This document shows, one piece after another, positions 1-11,640 of a stretch of 64,000 bases of DNA; the stretch's first letter is position 1, and each line of letters starts with the position of its first letter. The notes beneath the pieces were generated by a model, which did not search any database, was not told the DNA's origin, and saw only the letters and a list, made by a program, of their open reading frames with translations. This stretch comes from Octopus vulgaris (taxonomy: Eukaryota): positions 174,282,001 through 174,346,000 of the forward strand of contig OX597816.1 in NCBI GenBank assembly GCA_951406725.2, read 5' to 3'. A program made the translations under genes and the position numbers.

Positions 1-1250
1 ATTGCTGTATAATAAATGTTTGACCTGGGTCAAACAAACTGACCCAGTAGGCTCCTCTCATTTGGTGATGGGAGCTGGAGATAGCACGGATATCTGCAAT
101 TTTATAGGACTGTATATACAAGAACACCTAAAAGAAGAGGTTCCCATCAGTCATCTCTGACCTGTACAGAGATAACACAATGGCTATCTCTAGAGGAACT
201 AACAGGTATACCTTTGACAGGCTTAGGAAAGACCTAATTAGCACCCTTAGTTCCATAGGGCTCAAGATAACAATCAATACCCACCTCATCACTGTAAACT
301 TTTTAGATTATGTTAGACCTAGACAGGTCCTACTACAAACCAAACAAGAGATTGTCCTATATCAACACAGTCTCTTGCCACCTGCCTAACATGTTCAGGA
401 ACCTAGTGAAGGGAGTCAGTAGAAAGATCTTGAACCTATCCACAAATCAGGATATTTTTGATGTCACAGCTTCCAATTACAGTGAGGCTCTGGCATCCAG
501 TGAGTTTAAGGACTGCATCTCCTATATGCCGAGCCCTGGCACACATGGAAGGAAACACCACTGTCATTTGGTTCACCCTGCCCTTTTCTCCCAACATTAA
601 GATTTGCATGGGAAGAATTTTTCTTAGATTGGTGGACAAACACTTCACACTTCAGATGTTTGTTTAATAGACATAACTTTTAGTTGTGCACCCAAATTTT
701 AGAGAGCAAAGGACCACGTTTCGGACTTCTCCCATCTTGTGAGCTCTGGGACGAAGACCGTTTGCTCAACAGCAGAAACGACACCAACATTGCAGCCAGA
801 AATGGTGACAACGCCAGCAACAATGAAACCACCAGGATCATGTCCAGGAACAACAGTATTGGCAACAACAACAGTGACACCAGACCTGGAGTTAATGAAA
901 GAAACATTAGTAGTGGTATCACATTCAGTGCACAGACACAGAAATATATTAGTTCAACCAGGGGCCGTTTTAAGCAACATCTGAACTACTGCAGATTCTC
1001 GTTTAAGATACTGGAATGGTACAACATCACATCTATGATCAGCCACATATTGTACTTAAAAGAGAAAGAAACCCATACATAATTAAATGAAAGCTCCTTT
1101 AGCAACTGGGGACTTATATAAATAGGAGCAAACAATGTAAGTGTTGCTTGGCAGAGATAACCAGGATCCTAAAATACTTACTTGATCCAGGGACCCTTTT
1201 AAACTCCAGGAAAGAGGTATTTAGCTCTCATGTAAGGTAATACACATGAC
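1..1250 (+). mobile_element. Degenerate Penelope-like element, Naiad type (RT, thumb, GIY-YIG remnants)
   Basis: Fragments MGAGDS, LYRDN, VNFLD, YKPNKRLSYIN..SCHLP, WFTLPFS, KYISST..FKQH and CKCCLAE..LLNSRKE across several frameshifts. Confidence 0.85.
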
Positions 1251-1300
1251 CCAACAAACCATCCTCAGAGCCGATACATTCATACATACATACATATATT

Positions 1301-1520
1301 CATTTATTCTTTTACTTGTTTCAGTCATTTGACTGGCATACCACCTTAAACGATTTTAACCTAAGAAATCGACCCCCACCAGGACTTATTCTTTGTAAGC
1401 CCAGTACTTATTGTATTAGCCACCCTTGATGAACCACTAAGTTATGTGGATGTAAACACACCAACATAGGTTGTCAAGCAATGGTGGGGTGACAAACACG
1501 GGCACAAAGACACATACATA
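1301..1520 (-). mobile_element. tRNA-derived SINE family A, 3' half
   Basis: Matches the tail of the full copies (TTTTACTTGTTTCAGTCATTTGACTG...GTCAAGCAATG). Confidence 0.85.
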
Positions 1521-1571
1521 TATATATATATGAAAGAAAGTTTGAAACTGCAATTTTAAACATGTTTATTC

Positions 1572-1614
1572 GCTTGACCGGTTTCACTTTTTTTAGTAAA
1601 AGATTGTCAAAAGT
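1572..1614 (-). ncRNA. Candidate minimal hammerhead ribozyme in a PLE pseudo-LTR (variant core UUGACAA)
   Basis: Minus strand reads CUU-UUGACAA-UCUUUUACUAAAAAAAGU-GAAA-CCG-GUC-AAG: stem I CUU/AAG, stem II CUUUU/AAAAG, palindromic stem III ACCGGU. Confidence 0.55.
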
Positions 1615-1820
1615 AAAATGTAAAAGCTTTGTATGAGCTTTGTTGTGTTAAGTACAGATTATCACAAAAGTATTAAAATAAAGTTATACAGTCTTTGATA
1701 ATAATAAAAAAAATTTAAAAACAGTTTACAAGAAAGTATTTAAGACAGTAAGCAGAATGGAACTCCAAAAAGTATTTTGAGTTCAATAAAAATCATGTTT
1801 GTTTGGTAGTATATATAGAC

Positions 1821-1970
1821 ACAGAAGGAGATGTATTCAAGAATTTACAAAAAACTGCAGAGGAATAACTGACCTGTCTTTCTGACATTTTCTGACAAGA
1901 GAAAATGTCAGAAAGACAGGTCAGCCACTCCTCTGCAGTCCCTTGTAAATTCTTAAATATATCTCCCTCC

Positions 1971-1972
<2 letters not shown>
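1821..1972. repeat. Fold-back inverted repeat, 73-bp arms and 6-nt loop
   Basis: 1821-1893 aligns without gaps to the reverse complement of 1900-1972 with 10 mismatches. Similarity resumes beyond the TA tract (TACTACCAAACAAA near 2054-2067 versus 1798-1811). Confidence 0.92.
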
Positions 1973-2055
<83 letters not shown>

Positions 2056-2560
2056 CTACCAAACAAATTTCAGAGAAATTTCCCGCAGTAAAAAGTTACA
2101 ATAAAAAGTTATTGCCAGGAACTTGGGCTCCTAGCTAAACAAAAGCATTGTCCATCTTGTAAAACTATACTGAGCAAAAGTGAAGTGGGTCAGAAGATCT
2201 GACTCAAAGTGCAGGTTTCAGTGCAACAAGAAACATTGTAAAGAATCAGTGAGAAACCAAATACTACTTCGGAAAGGAACCTAGTTTGGTCATAACAATT
2301 TGTCTGGCAAAAAATTAAGAGAAAGTCTTCATTTTTTTTTCTTTTTGTTTGTTTTACAACTGACAGTGTTGGAAATTCCCAAAGTGTTTTTATTTTTCTA
2401 CAAAATGAAACTTGAAATGGCATTTACCAAAAAGAATGAGTATCGAAATAACAGCTAAATCTCCAATAAAGTCTCTTGACACATACCCACACATCTGTAT
2501 GTGAAGCACATACAACACGAATTCTTTGAAAATATCAAAGAAATTTCATGTTAGATACCA
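1905..2560 (+). pseudogene. Degenerate Merlin/IS1595-like transposase fragment
   Basis: Frameshifted QELGLLAKQKHCPSCK...RFQCNKKHCK...LRKGT*FG resembles the Zn-ribbon N-terminus of Merlin transposases. Confidence 0.55.
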
Positions 2561-2567
2561 TTGGAAT

Positions 2568-4205
2568 TTATGGGGAAATAAACCTTGTACTTATAATTTT
2601 GTTATAAAGCGTTCTATAATGTCGTTGGGGATCAATAGATATATTCTTGGATCTCTGAATTCCGATTCCTGCATCGACTCCATATTTTTCCCCTAACCTA
2701 TCATAAAAGACTGAAAAATTATCAAGTTTGTTTTCGAGTACAGTTCTAGTTTTATCTATTTGCTGTTTACAATACACTATGTCATGACTTTTACTCTGGA
2801 GTATGTTAAATAAGACGTCAGTAAAAGAAAAAATGTCACTGAATACCTCTAACAAAAATAAGAAATCAGGAGCTTTTAAAGTGTGTAAGAATCCAATTGC
2901 TGAATTTATGGTGGTCTCATCCCATGCTTCAGGATTTTCAATGATGTGTTCAAAAAGGCTGATTATGAAATTATAATTTTCCTTTGTGGTAATAATAAGA
3001 CGTGAGGAGTAATTCCATCTAGTTGCTGTTGCTTTCGGAAATCTTTTTTTAACAATATTATCTAATGCATTAGTCCTTTTCGGTGATTTCGTAAAAAATG
3101 TACCGAGTCCATTTATTGTAGAAAAAAATATCTTGCATTCTTTCATAGCAGAGCATGATTGTGAAAGAACTAAATTTAGGATATGGGCACAACAATGAAT
3201 AAAGATCGCACATTCATATTTCTTTCTTACTTTTGCCTGTAACCCATTTAGTTGTCCTGCCATTGTAGCGGCACCATCATATGTCTGCGCAATCAATTTG
3301 TTTCCACATTCCCACGTCTCAATGCATTTAAAAACATGTTCAGATAAAGCATTTGCAGATCGATCTGCACTAACATCACTAAAACCGATAAATCGTTCTT
3401 TCGTCACACAGTCTTCTGTAACATAACGTAAAACTGTTGACAGTTGTGAAGATGCTGAGACATCAGATGTCTCATCAACAAGAATAGAAACAAACTTAGC
3501 TTGGTCAATTTCCTTCTGCATCTCATTCAACATAACTTTATGAATTGCTTCGATCAAGTCATTTTGAATTCTGTTCGACAGACCAGTGAAGATAGAAGCT
3601 GTATCTAAATGACTTTCCATTTGTTTGTCATACTTACTGATCAAATAAACGAGTTCTTTATAATTTGCCCGATTATTAGAGCCTTCAGATTCAAAATGAC
3701 CCCGAAACGATAATTCCTGGAGGCCTAAAAAAATAACAACATCGATCAATCGTTGCAGAATGGATCTGTTTCGTCGAACTTTCTCATTATGCTGTTGTAT
3801 GCTTTGATTTTTACGTGCATCTAATTGTAAGTCTATGCGAACATTCCCGAATATTTTAAGGTCTATCAAACATTTTATATGCCTTTGAGAACGCTCGTGC
3901 TTTAGCATAGCCATATGTAAATTATTTAAATCATCATAGCCTTTATCATTCCAAACATTTTTTTCTAAGCCAAAAAGTAAACACGGCCAACAGAATAATT
4001 TATTAAGAGCAACACTTCCAGTTAACCATTTCTTCTTTTCATACGAATTAACCTGAAATTGTCTCGTGAATTTCTTGTTGTAGCTTCGCAAATTAGGTAA
4101 ATTCGGTGTTGGTCTCCCGCGATTTATAATTAATTTTTTCCCATCGAAGTCCCTTTTAGAAAAACTAGTTCTCAAAATATCGTTTATAGCACACATTTCA
4201 CTCAT
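2568..4205 (-). CDS. hAT-family transposase (ZMYM1/DUF4371-like), C-terminally truncated
   Basis: Uninterrupted 545-aa ORF with LFCWPCLLF, LSFRGH, NYKEL, SNRIQNDLI, ILVDETSDVS, QTYDGAATMAG, FIHCCAHILNLVL and TRW; no hATC dimerisation domain. Confidence 0.9.
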   Translation of the reverse strand: MSEMCAINDILRTSFSKRDFDGKKLIINRGRPTPNLPNLRSYNKKFTRQFQVNSYEKKKWLTGSVALNKLFCWPCLLFGLEKNVWNDKGYDDLNNLHMAMLKHERSQRHIKCLIDLKIFGNVRIDLQLDARKNQSIQQHNEKVRRNRSILQRLIDVVIFLGLQELSFRGHFESEGSNNRANYKELVYLISKYDKQMESHLDTASIFTGLSNRIQNDLIEAIHKVMLNEMQKEIDQAKFVSILVDETSDVSASSQLSTVLRYVTEDCVTKERFIGFSDVSADRSANALSEHVFKCIETWECGNKLIAQTYDGAATMAGQLNGLQAKVRKKYECAIFIHCCAHILNLVLSQSCSAMKECKIFFSTINGLGTFFTKSPKRTNALDNIVKKRFPKATATRWNYSSRLIITTKENYNFIISLFEHIIENPEAWDETTINSAIGFLHTLKAPDFLFLLEVFSDIFSFTDVLFNILQSKSHDIVYCKQQIDKTRTVLENKLDNFSVFYDRLGEKYGVDAGIGIQRSKNISIDPQRHYRTLYNKIISTRFISP

Positions 4206-4948
4206 TTTAAAAAAGGCTGCTCTTATTTAAGGACCCACGTGGAAGCGCCGGCGTAAATTTTAAGTCAATTTCAACAAAACGGAAAAATACCCTTTGTTAA
4301 ATTAATTTAAGATTAATTAGCTATTTCTGAAATAAGAAATATAATGTAGATATTTTTGCTTTCAAAACTTTCTAAAAATATGATAGTGCAAACGGATGTT
4401 TTGGATAAAAAATTTCAAACTTACATGCGAAGGCTATTCCAACATTTCAGCTGGCTAAAACAAGAATTATGGGACGGCTCTTGTTCCAGTCAAAATAGCC
4501 AGAGAGCGTGATATGCGATCTAAGCACAGCATGACAAGCCAAACTGAATTTGTCGAATCGCTGAGAGAGAAGGGGGTGACCATTCCTCGTAGTATATCTT
4601 TTAAACAAAGAAAGAGGGAGAAGGGACAAACTATCAAAGACAGAGAGAAGGGACTCATGCTGTCTTCCCAACGCATGACAAGCGATAAATTTATCGAGTC
4701 ACTAAGATAGAGAGAGAGAGAGAGGAAGGAAGGACAAACTAATACAGACAGAGAGGGAGTGTGTATCATGCGATCTTCTAAAAGCATTTATCAAAGCAGA
4801 TGTACGAAGTGGAGACAATATTTCTAAAACAACTGGACGTATTTTCTTTGAAACAAGGAAGGCATGCAGCGCATACCTTGCATTGCTGAGAGTGCACGCC
4901 CCTGTATTAGAAAGACAATAAAGTACATCTTGAGTTTGTTCCACAGTG
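2590..4948 (-). mobile_element. hAT-like DNA transposon, one end missing
   Basis: CpG-richer block containing the transposase and a 5' region with repeated GAGAGAAGGGAC-like motifs; composition changes near 4948. Confidence 0.65.
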
Positions 4949-5106
4949 CAGGGTAGCAGTCAGAAATGTCCTTTTGCAATCAAAAACCTTAGCATGATTT
5001 CCTGAGCTTTGGCCTCAGCTCAATGTCATTTTGAAGTGAAATCAACTCTTTCTCCACAATTCTTATTTCCTCATTACTGATTATAGTGTTTTGCAGACAC
5101 ACTTAA

Positions 5107-5757
5107 CTCTTACTCTTTTACTTGTTTCAGTCATTTGACTGTGGCCATGCTGGAGCACCACCTTTAGTCGAGCAAATCGACCCCAGGACTTAATCTTTGT
5201 AAGCCTAGTACTTATTCTATCAGTCTCTTTTGCCGAACTGCTAAGTTACGGGGACGTAAACACACCAGCAGCAGTTGTCAAGCAATGTTGGGGAGACAAA
5301 CACAGACACACAAACATACACACACACACACACATATATATTTATATATATATATATATATATATATAAATATATATATATAAATAAATGAAAGAATGGA
5401 GTCGAACGACGATTTAACAAAATTCCTTTATTCTCGACATATGTTTCGAAGACTGCATATTCTTAATTCTGAAGGAATAAAGGGTGCATTATGTCGCCTT
5501 CTCATCTGACGTGAATTTGCTACCCGGGTATCGGTTAACCGAATTATCCATACTAGGATAATTCATTCAACTACTTACATATATATATACATATATTCGA
5601 CGGGCTTCTCTCAGTTTCTGTCAACCAAATCCACTCACAAGGCTTTGGTCGGCCTGGGGCTATAGTAGAAGACACTTGCCCAAGGTGCCTCGCAGTGAGA
5701 CTGAACCCGGAACCATGTGGTTTGTAAGCAAGCTATTTACCACACAGCCATTCCTAT
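5107..5757 (-). mobile_element. tRNA-derived SINE family A, interrupted in its microsatellite by a PLE pLTR remnant (about 5385-5580)
   Basis: Head with A/B-box-like motifs TGGCTGTGTGG and GGTTCAGTC; the insert carries GAAACATATGTC (hammerhead stem III motif) on the minus strand. Confidence 0.85.
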
Positions 5758-6039
5758 GCTTACTCCTACACTAAGTACAACTCTTTCAATAAACTGATGA
5801 AGCACTGATGACAACCTACCATCAATGCTATCCTGTCTATTGCTCAAACACAAAATACTGACATTTCTTTTGTATTTGTTTCTAGTCTTACAATCAATAG
5901 CTTTTGAACCAAATGTTAATCTTTGACAAAACTAACATAAGAAAGAACCATACTTTTATTGTCTGGCAAAGGGGACTGATCTAACTATAAGCTAATTTTG
6001 GTTGTTCTAAGTATGTTGCACAATATATCTTCAGTGCTG

Positions 6040-6270
6040 CCTCGACTGGCTTCCGTGCCGGTGGCACGTAAAATGCACCAATCCGACCATGGCCGTTGCC
6101 AGCCTTGCCTGGCACCTGTGCGGGTGGCATGTAAAAAGCACCCATTACACTCACGGAGTGGTTGGCGTTAGGAAGGGCATCCAGCTGTTGAAACATTGCC
6201 AGATAAGACTGGAGCCTGGTGCATGGAGAACGGACGTTAAACGATGATGATGATGATGATGATGTTGATG
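6040..6270 (+). mobile_element. RTE-type 3' tail with (GAT)n end
   Basis: GTTAGGAAGGGCATCCAGC...GGACGTTAAAC(GAT)n; related copies at 10787-10950 and 40657-40900. Confidence 0.7.
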
Positions 6271-6780
6271 TTATAGTATTCAACATTTTGAAACACTTGT
6301 AACATGCATTTTTAGAGAAAAAAAATTTTGTTCCAAAACATTTTTCCTGAATAAAGATGGCTAATATGTGTTTCAGAATGTGGAATACTGCAACATGATG
6401 AAAAAAAAAAAAAGCCTATTCTTATTCTAGCAGCTATGCTCTCACAGTATCGACTCCTGCTACTGACTTAGTCATCTAGGTAACAGAAGCAATCAACTAC
6501 TTTTAAGTATCCCCGCCCCCTGGCATTTAATGGAGTCTATTTTCTGTACATTTTTAGTGTTTATAATACCTGTGCACCTTCCATATACAAAAACTATTTT
6601 CCCTGTTAACCTTCCTCTAAAATTGCTGCATCTCTTATGTGTCCATAGCTTACACCGGGTATATCTTATGGAGTTTTTACCTATGCCTTTTCTACAGATC
6701 GAGCAGGGCCGTCTACCGGAAAGGATTTATCAAAACTGAATACTTGATCAGCTCTCTAGTCATAGCCATTCTGTCTTTAA

Positions 6781-7001
6781 CCCTTTAGCATTTAAACCGG
6801 CCATATCTGGCCAAAAGTATTCTGCCTGTTTTATGTTCAAACTGGTCAGATCTGGTCTCTCACACCAACCCTACAATATCATTTTAAAAATCAACAGCTA
6901 CCTCATCAAAATCTCATAGCTACAAGATTAATGAATGATTAGTTCAAAACAATGTGGAAAAAAAGGATTAATTTTGGCAGAATAATGTGAACACTAAAGG
7001 G
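6781..7001. mobile_element. piggyBac-like MITE
   Basis: TTAA|CCCTTTAG...CTAAAGGG|TTAA. Confidence 0.85.
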
Positions 7002-7820
7002 TTAATAGGGGACACAATATCCTTAATTTTCAGACTTTAAAAATATTTGATTTCAGTCATAGATGGTAAGTAACTTGTTGAAAGACTTTTTCATCAATTA
7101 TGATGTGGGTAATCATTTACAATTATAATCTTGCAAAAACTTCTATTGTCTTGGGAGGGTCGTTACGCCAATAATAAGAAGAATTAATCTTATACCTGTG
7201 TATGTATGCCTGTATGTATGTATGTAGAAGTGTGTTTGCTTACAAAGAGCTTGTGTGTGTGTTTGTGTGTACACTCATGTAACTGCCTGTATGTGCATTG
7301 TATTTGCAAGTGTGAGTGCATTAGCTATCCATGACCTCTTTAAGGGTTTGGCCTTTTGTTCAAAGTCAGTTTGGTCTCAGATCTATTGGGATTCATTTAT
7401 CATCCTGTAAAGATTTATGGATGTAGTTCCTTATCTAGAGAGGTGTAGGGGAGGTGTGTGTGTGTGAGCATCTGCGTAAGTGCGCATGTGCATGTGTATG
7501 TCTGACCTGTCTTTGTTTAAAAAATTACAATGGTTTCGTTGAGAGAAATAGCCACGATGTATAAATCATTTTTTATTTGTCCTTTGTCCCCTTGTATCAA
7601 TTTGAGAAATTATTATTGTAATTAATGTTTTTATTCTTAAATATTTAATTTAATTTGATTTTTTATTATGAATGTTATTGAATCATCAACTCATTAAGAT
7701 AAAGTTGTCCAGATGCTTGAGAAGACCGATAGATTAGCTATTTTTAATTTGTTGCTTTTTAGACAGAATCAAAAGCATTCCAGTTGTGGCTGTTTAATAT
7801 TTTTTCCCCCAGTAATTATA

Positions 7821-8225
7821 TACTCTCTTTTACTTGTTTCAGTCATTTGACTGCGGCCATACTGGAGCACCGCCTTTTTTTAGTCGAGCAAATCGACCCC
7901 GGGACTTATTCTTTGTAAGCCCAGTACTTATTCTATCGGTCTCTTTCGCCGAACCGCTAAGTGACAGGGACGTAAACACACTAGCATCGGTTGTCAAGCA
8001 ATGCTAGGGGGACAAACAGACACACACACACACATGCATATATATATACATACATATATACGACAGGCTTCTTTCAGTTTCCGTCTACCAAATCCACTCA
8101 CAAGGCTTTGGTCAGCCCGAGGCTATAGTAGAAGACACTTGCCCAAGATGCCACGCAGTGGGACTGAATCCGGAACCATGTGGTTGGTAGGCAAGCTACT
8201 TACCACACAGCCACTCCTGCGCCTA
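7821..8225 (-). mobile_element. tRNA-derived SINE family A, full length
   Basis: Head AGGCGCAGGAGTGGCTGTGTGG on the minus strand, central CA/TA tract, AAAAGAG tail. Confidence 0.92.
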
Positions 8226-9162
8226 TATATATAGGATTACATTATGAAAGGACATGAGTTTTGGAAGAGCATAAAGTTGAGGCAGATATGGTTGCTATTT
8301 AAGCAGCTTGAGCAACCATGTAGATGCTCCTTTCACTGCTTCATAATGACATAAAAGCTCTCTCATAAGCTCATAATGGTATAGAGGCTCTTTTATCAAA
8401 TTAGTGCCAAAGGAACTCATTGATTCATAATGGTGTAGAGATATTCTCATCGGCTTTGGCTGTGCTGTGACTGTCTCACTGAGCCTGGAACTATGTAGAG
8501 GCTCCTTTTGTTGATATTTCTCACTCATTGTTGATGCTGTAGTGTTGCTGACACTCATATACCCAAGTTCACCAGATGTTAGTCAATGCCACAGGCTATT
8601 GAGGAATTATAGATTATTGTAGAATTGCTTCATAGCTGTAGTGTTGATTCAGGACCATCCCTAGCTTAACTTGGAGTGTGGTAGCAGGCTGTTTTAGATA
8701 CACTGTTTGAAGACAAAGTTTTCAGTGACACTTGTGTGTCCGAGGGGACAAAATAAGCCATTCATTCATGCAAGTCCAAGGTTTACATTCTTAACAAATT
8801 TTGGAGGAAGGAGAATACCTGATTAAATCAAATCCCAGTACATAAACTAATTTCATCAAGATTTGACATTCTCATTATACTGATTTCTAATGAAGATACC
8901 AAACAAATTTGGGAAAAGAGTGAAGTCAACTAATTCAGTCCCAGTACTTGATAGTACTCAATTCAACAACCTCAGAAAAATGAGAGACAAGGTTGATTCT
9001 GGCAGGATATCAACTAAGAATGTAAAGAGCAGTAACCATATACCACAACATAATAGGTCTGCCCCACTTTTGATTGTGGTTCCATGTATCCATTACCATT
9101 TCTTTCTGGTTATAATTATTAAAAACCCAGTTACAATAACAATAACAGCAATATTAACCTAC

Positions 9163-9278
9163 TTTTGCGAGATGTACTGATGGAGCTGTCCAATAATTTT
9201 AACTTCTGTACCAGCGGAGCCTGGTAGTGGCTTTTCTGAATGTACCACCAAGCAAATTTACTGCTGTACTGAATCAAC
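9163..9278 (-). CDS. PEX11: PEX11 second coding exon
   Basis: 116-nt exon, TTTCTAG acceptor and GTAGG donor, phase matches exon 1; encodes LIQYSSKFAWWYIQKSHYQAPLVQKLKLLDSSISTSRK (QY and SxxRK motifs). Later exons were not found in the window. Confidence 0.88.
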
Positions 9279-10666
9279 CTAGAAATATAAAGATATAAAG
9301 TGTGAACTATTAGTCAAAGTAACATACAGAAAATGTGTAGTAGTACTTATTTTAATGATCTGGAAAAATAAAAGGAATATTAATAATTTCTTACACTGGC
9401 CAAGAATCACAACTTAATCAACACCAGCATTTAAGCAGTACTTATTTTATTGACTGCTCCACTCCACCTCAAAGTCCTGAATGTATGAAAAACAAAATTT
9501 TAACGTTTCATTATATAAGAAATAAGTAGACTCAGCAAAAATAATAAGAAAGTAGAAATATAGGACTTACAACAAAATACATAACAAAAAAAAACCCGGG
9601 GCACCACCTTCAGAGAGGAATGTCCAAGGCCTATTGTGGTCATCTCTGTGTATATCTTGGCCCCCTAATTTTTCAGTGTACATAACATCTCTAGTTTGGT
9701 TGAGTTTGCTCTACTTTGGTAGTAGCCTTTTGTATATGGCTCATCTGGTATGTTAGTCACATTTGATAATTCTTTTGGTAACTGAGGACATTTAAATGAC
9801 AAACTATTGCAGAATCGAACAAATGATGCAAGAATTTGAGGAAGTGGGTGTTTAGATCTGACAGCTATCCCTAATTCCTCTTATTTTTTCCTACACAAGA
9901 TGTTTAAGAATCTTTCACATAGATATTATGGCATACCATTCCTACCAGCATTCCAAAGAGTAGAGAAAGTCCCATTCAGAGATGTTCATAATAACTACGA
10001 TCTCCAAATTTGCTCATATTTTTTAGTGAATGTTTTTTGCAAATCTTTCCAATTGGTGGATATGAACTGGGCTGCTAGTATATCATAGTTGTCAGCAGTA
10101 GTTTGAGCTTCATAAAGTAAGGATTTCTAAGTGCCAATATTACTGTCAGGTAATATCCTCAGTACACAATCACTGATCTCTCAACATACTGACAGTTTGT
10201 GAATATGGTTAGAGAAACGTGCATTTGCAGACACAGCAATGCTCATATAACAAATGTGCTCAGGGTTTTGAATTGGTATAAATATTAGAAGAAGCCTAAA
10301 AGAAGTTATGATTTTTTTACTTTCTCACTAGAAACATATCAGTAACAGTTCCAGCTGAGAATTAGAACAAACTTACTTATCTAATTTACTGAGACTTACT
10401 ACTACACCACACCAGCAAAATTATACTGATTATAAAATTTCTATTGTATTTATATTTTCCCTACTAGGTAAAATGTATGAACTGGTATATTTGATAAAGC
10501 ACTTACTTTCAATCATTCAGCTGTAGAGTAACTAAATACTGTGAAGTATCTGATCTGGCAATTTATATATTTTATGTTCATTCACCATTCTAGTATCAAA
10601 AATAAATTCCAACAGTGGCATAAGTCCACAAACTTTGTGCACTGGGAGATACTAGAAAGTCAGACA

Positions 10667-10897
10667 AGGGCTGGCAAGCTGGAAGGCTGCACCAGGCTCC
10701 AGTATGATTTGGCATGGTTTCTACAACTGGATGCCCTTCCTAATGCCAACTACTCCAAGAATGTAATAGGTGCTTTTATGTGCCAAAAAAGCACCCATTA
10801 CACTCTCAAAGTGGTTGATGTTAGGAAGGGCATCCAGCCATAGAAACCATGCCAAATCAGGCTAGAGTTTGGTGCAGCTTTCCAGCTTGCCAGCCCT
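10667..10897. repeat. Head-to-head inverted pair of RTE-type tails forming a hairpin
   Basis: 10667-10777 aligns without gaps to the reverse complement of 10787-10897; roughly 85% identity by eye. Confidence 0.85.
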
Positions 10898-11039
10898 GGT
10901 CAAACTGTCCAACCCATGCCAGCAGGGACAATGGACGTTAAATGATGATGATTGGTCAAAAGCAGATAATAAGGTTGCTCTTGACTGCTTTTAAGACAAA
11001 GTACTTCCTAAACATGGTATCAGAAAAAATGTCCACCAA

Positions 11040-11640
11040 CTTTGGAATAAAAAGGAAATGTCTGAGATCAGTATGACCCAACCTACCTGCCAAATTCATG
11101 TTATATGGAAAACAACTGGTTTATTGTCATAGAAATTGAAGTAAAGCACAGCATTGAGAGAAGACTACAAGATCTGCATGACTTTAATGAGCTTGATGAA
11201 ATTATCATTGAACTTGAGAGAACAGAGGAGGATGTAGTCAGCAAGATAGGTGAAAAATAATGGAAACCAGGATAGTGATATGCGTACAATGGAGTATGCT
11301 TGTAATACTAGCACCCTAAGTACAGTTACCATCTGATCTGGAGAATGAGGAACAGGAAATACTCAACAGACTATCTGAATTGATAGTGTGTGGTAATCAA
11401 CAAGGGCCAATTAACCTATGATAAGGAGAAATTGCATGAAGGTAGATAGGGTCTTGCAGTATGTACAGACAGATGGTATCACAGAATTACATGATTTGTT
11501 TAGGGCAGCTACAGTTGTAGCGGGAGAACAAGTAGCTATTAGGCAGAAGGAAAATGTAAAGTAAAAGGAGCCCTGGCAAAAGAGGTGAACTGAATGTGAA
11601 AGTAATTCTGAAAAAGCACCTTGGGAAGATAGAGTTGGTA
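11040..11640 (+). mobile_element. Degenerate R4/Dong-like non-LTR retrotransposon fragment
   Basis: Translation TDGITELHDLFRAATVVAGEQVAI...KEPWQKR resembles the R4 region ending EPWWKRR. Confidence 0.5.

Noticed and set aside
5431-5512. Functional hammerhead (CAGATGA...GAAACATATGTC)
   Set aside because: Stem I does not pair and the 5' half looks like a chimeric junction; treated as a decayed remnant.
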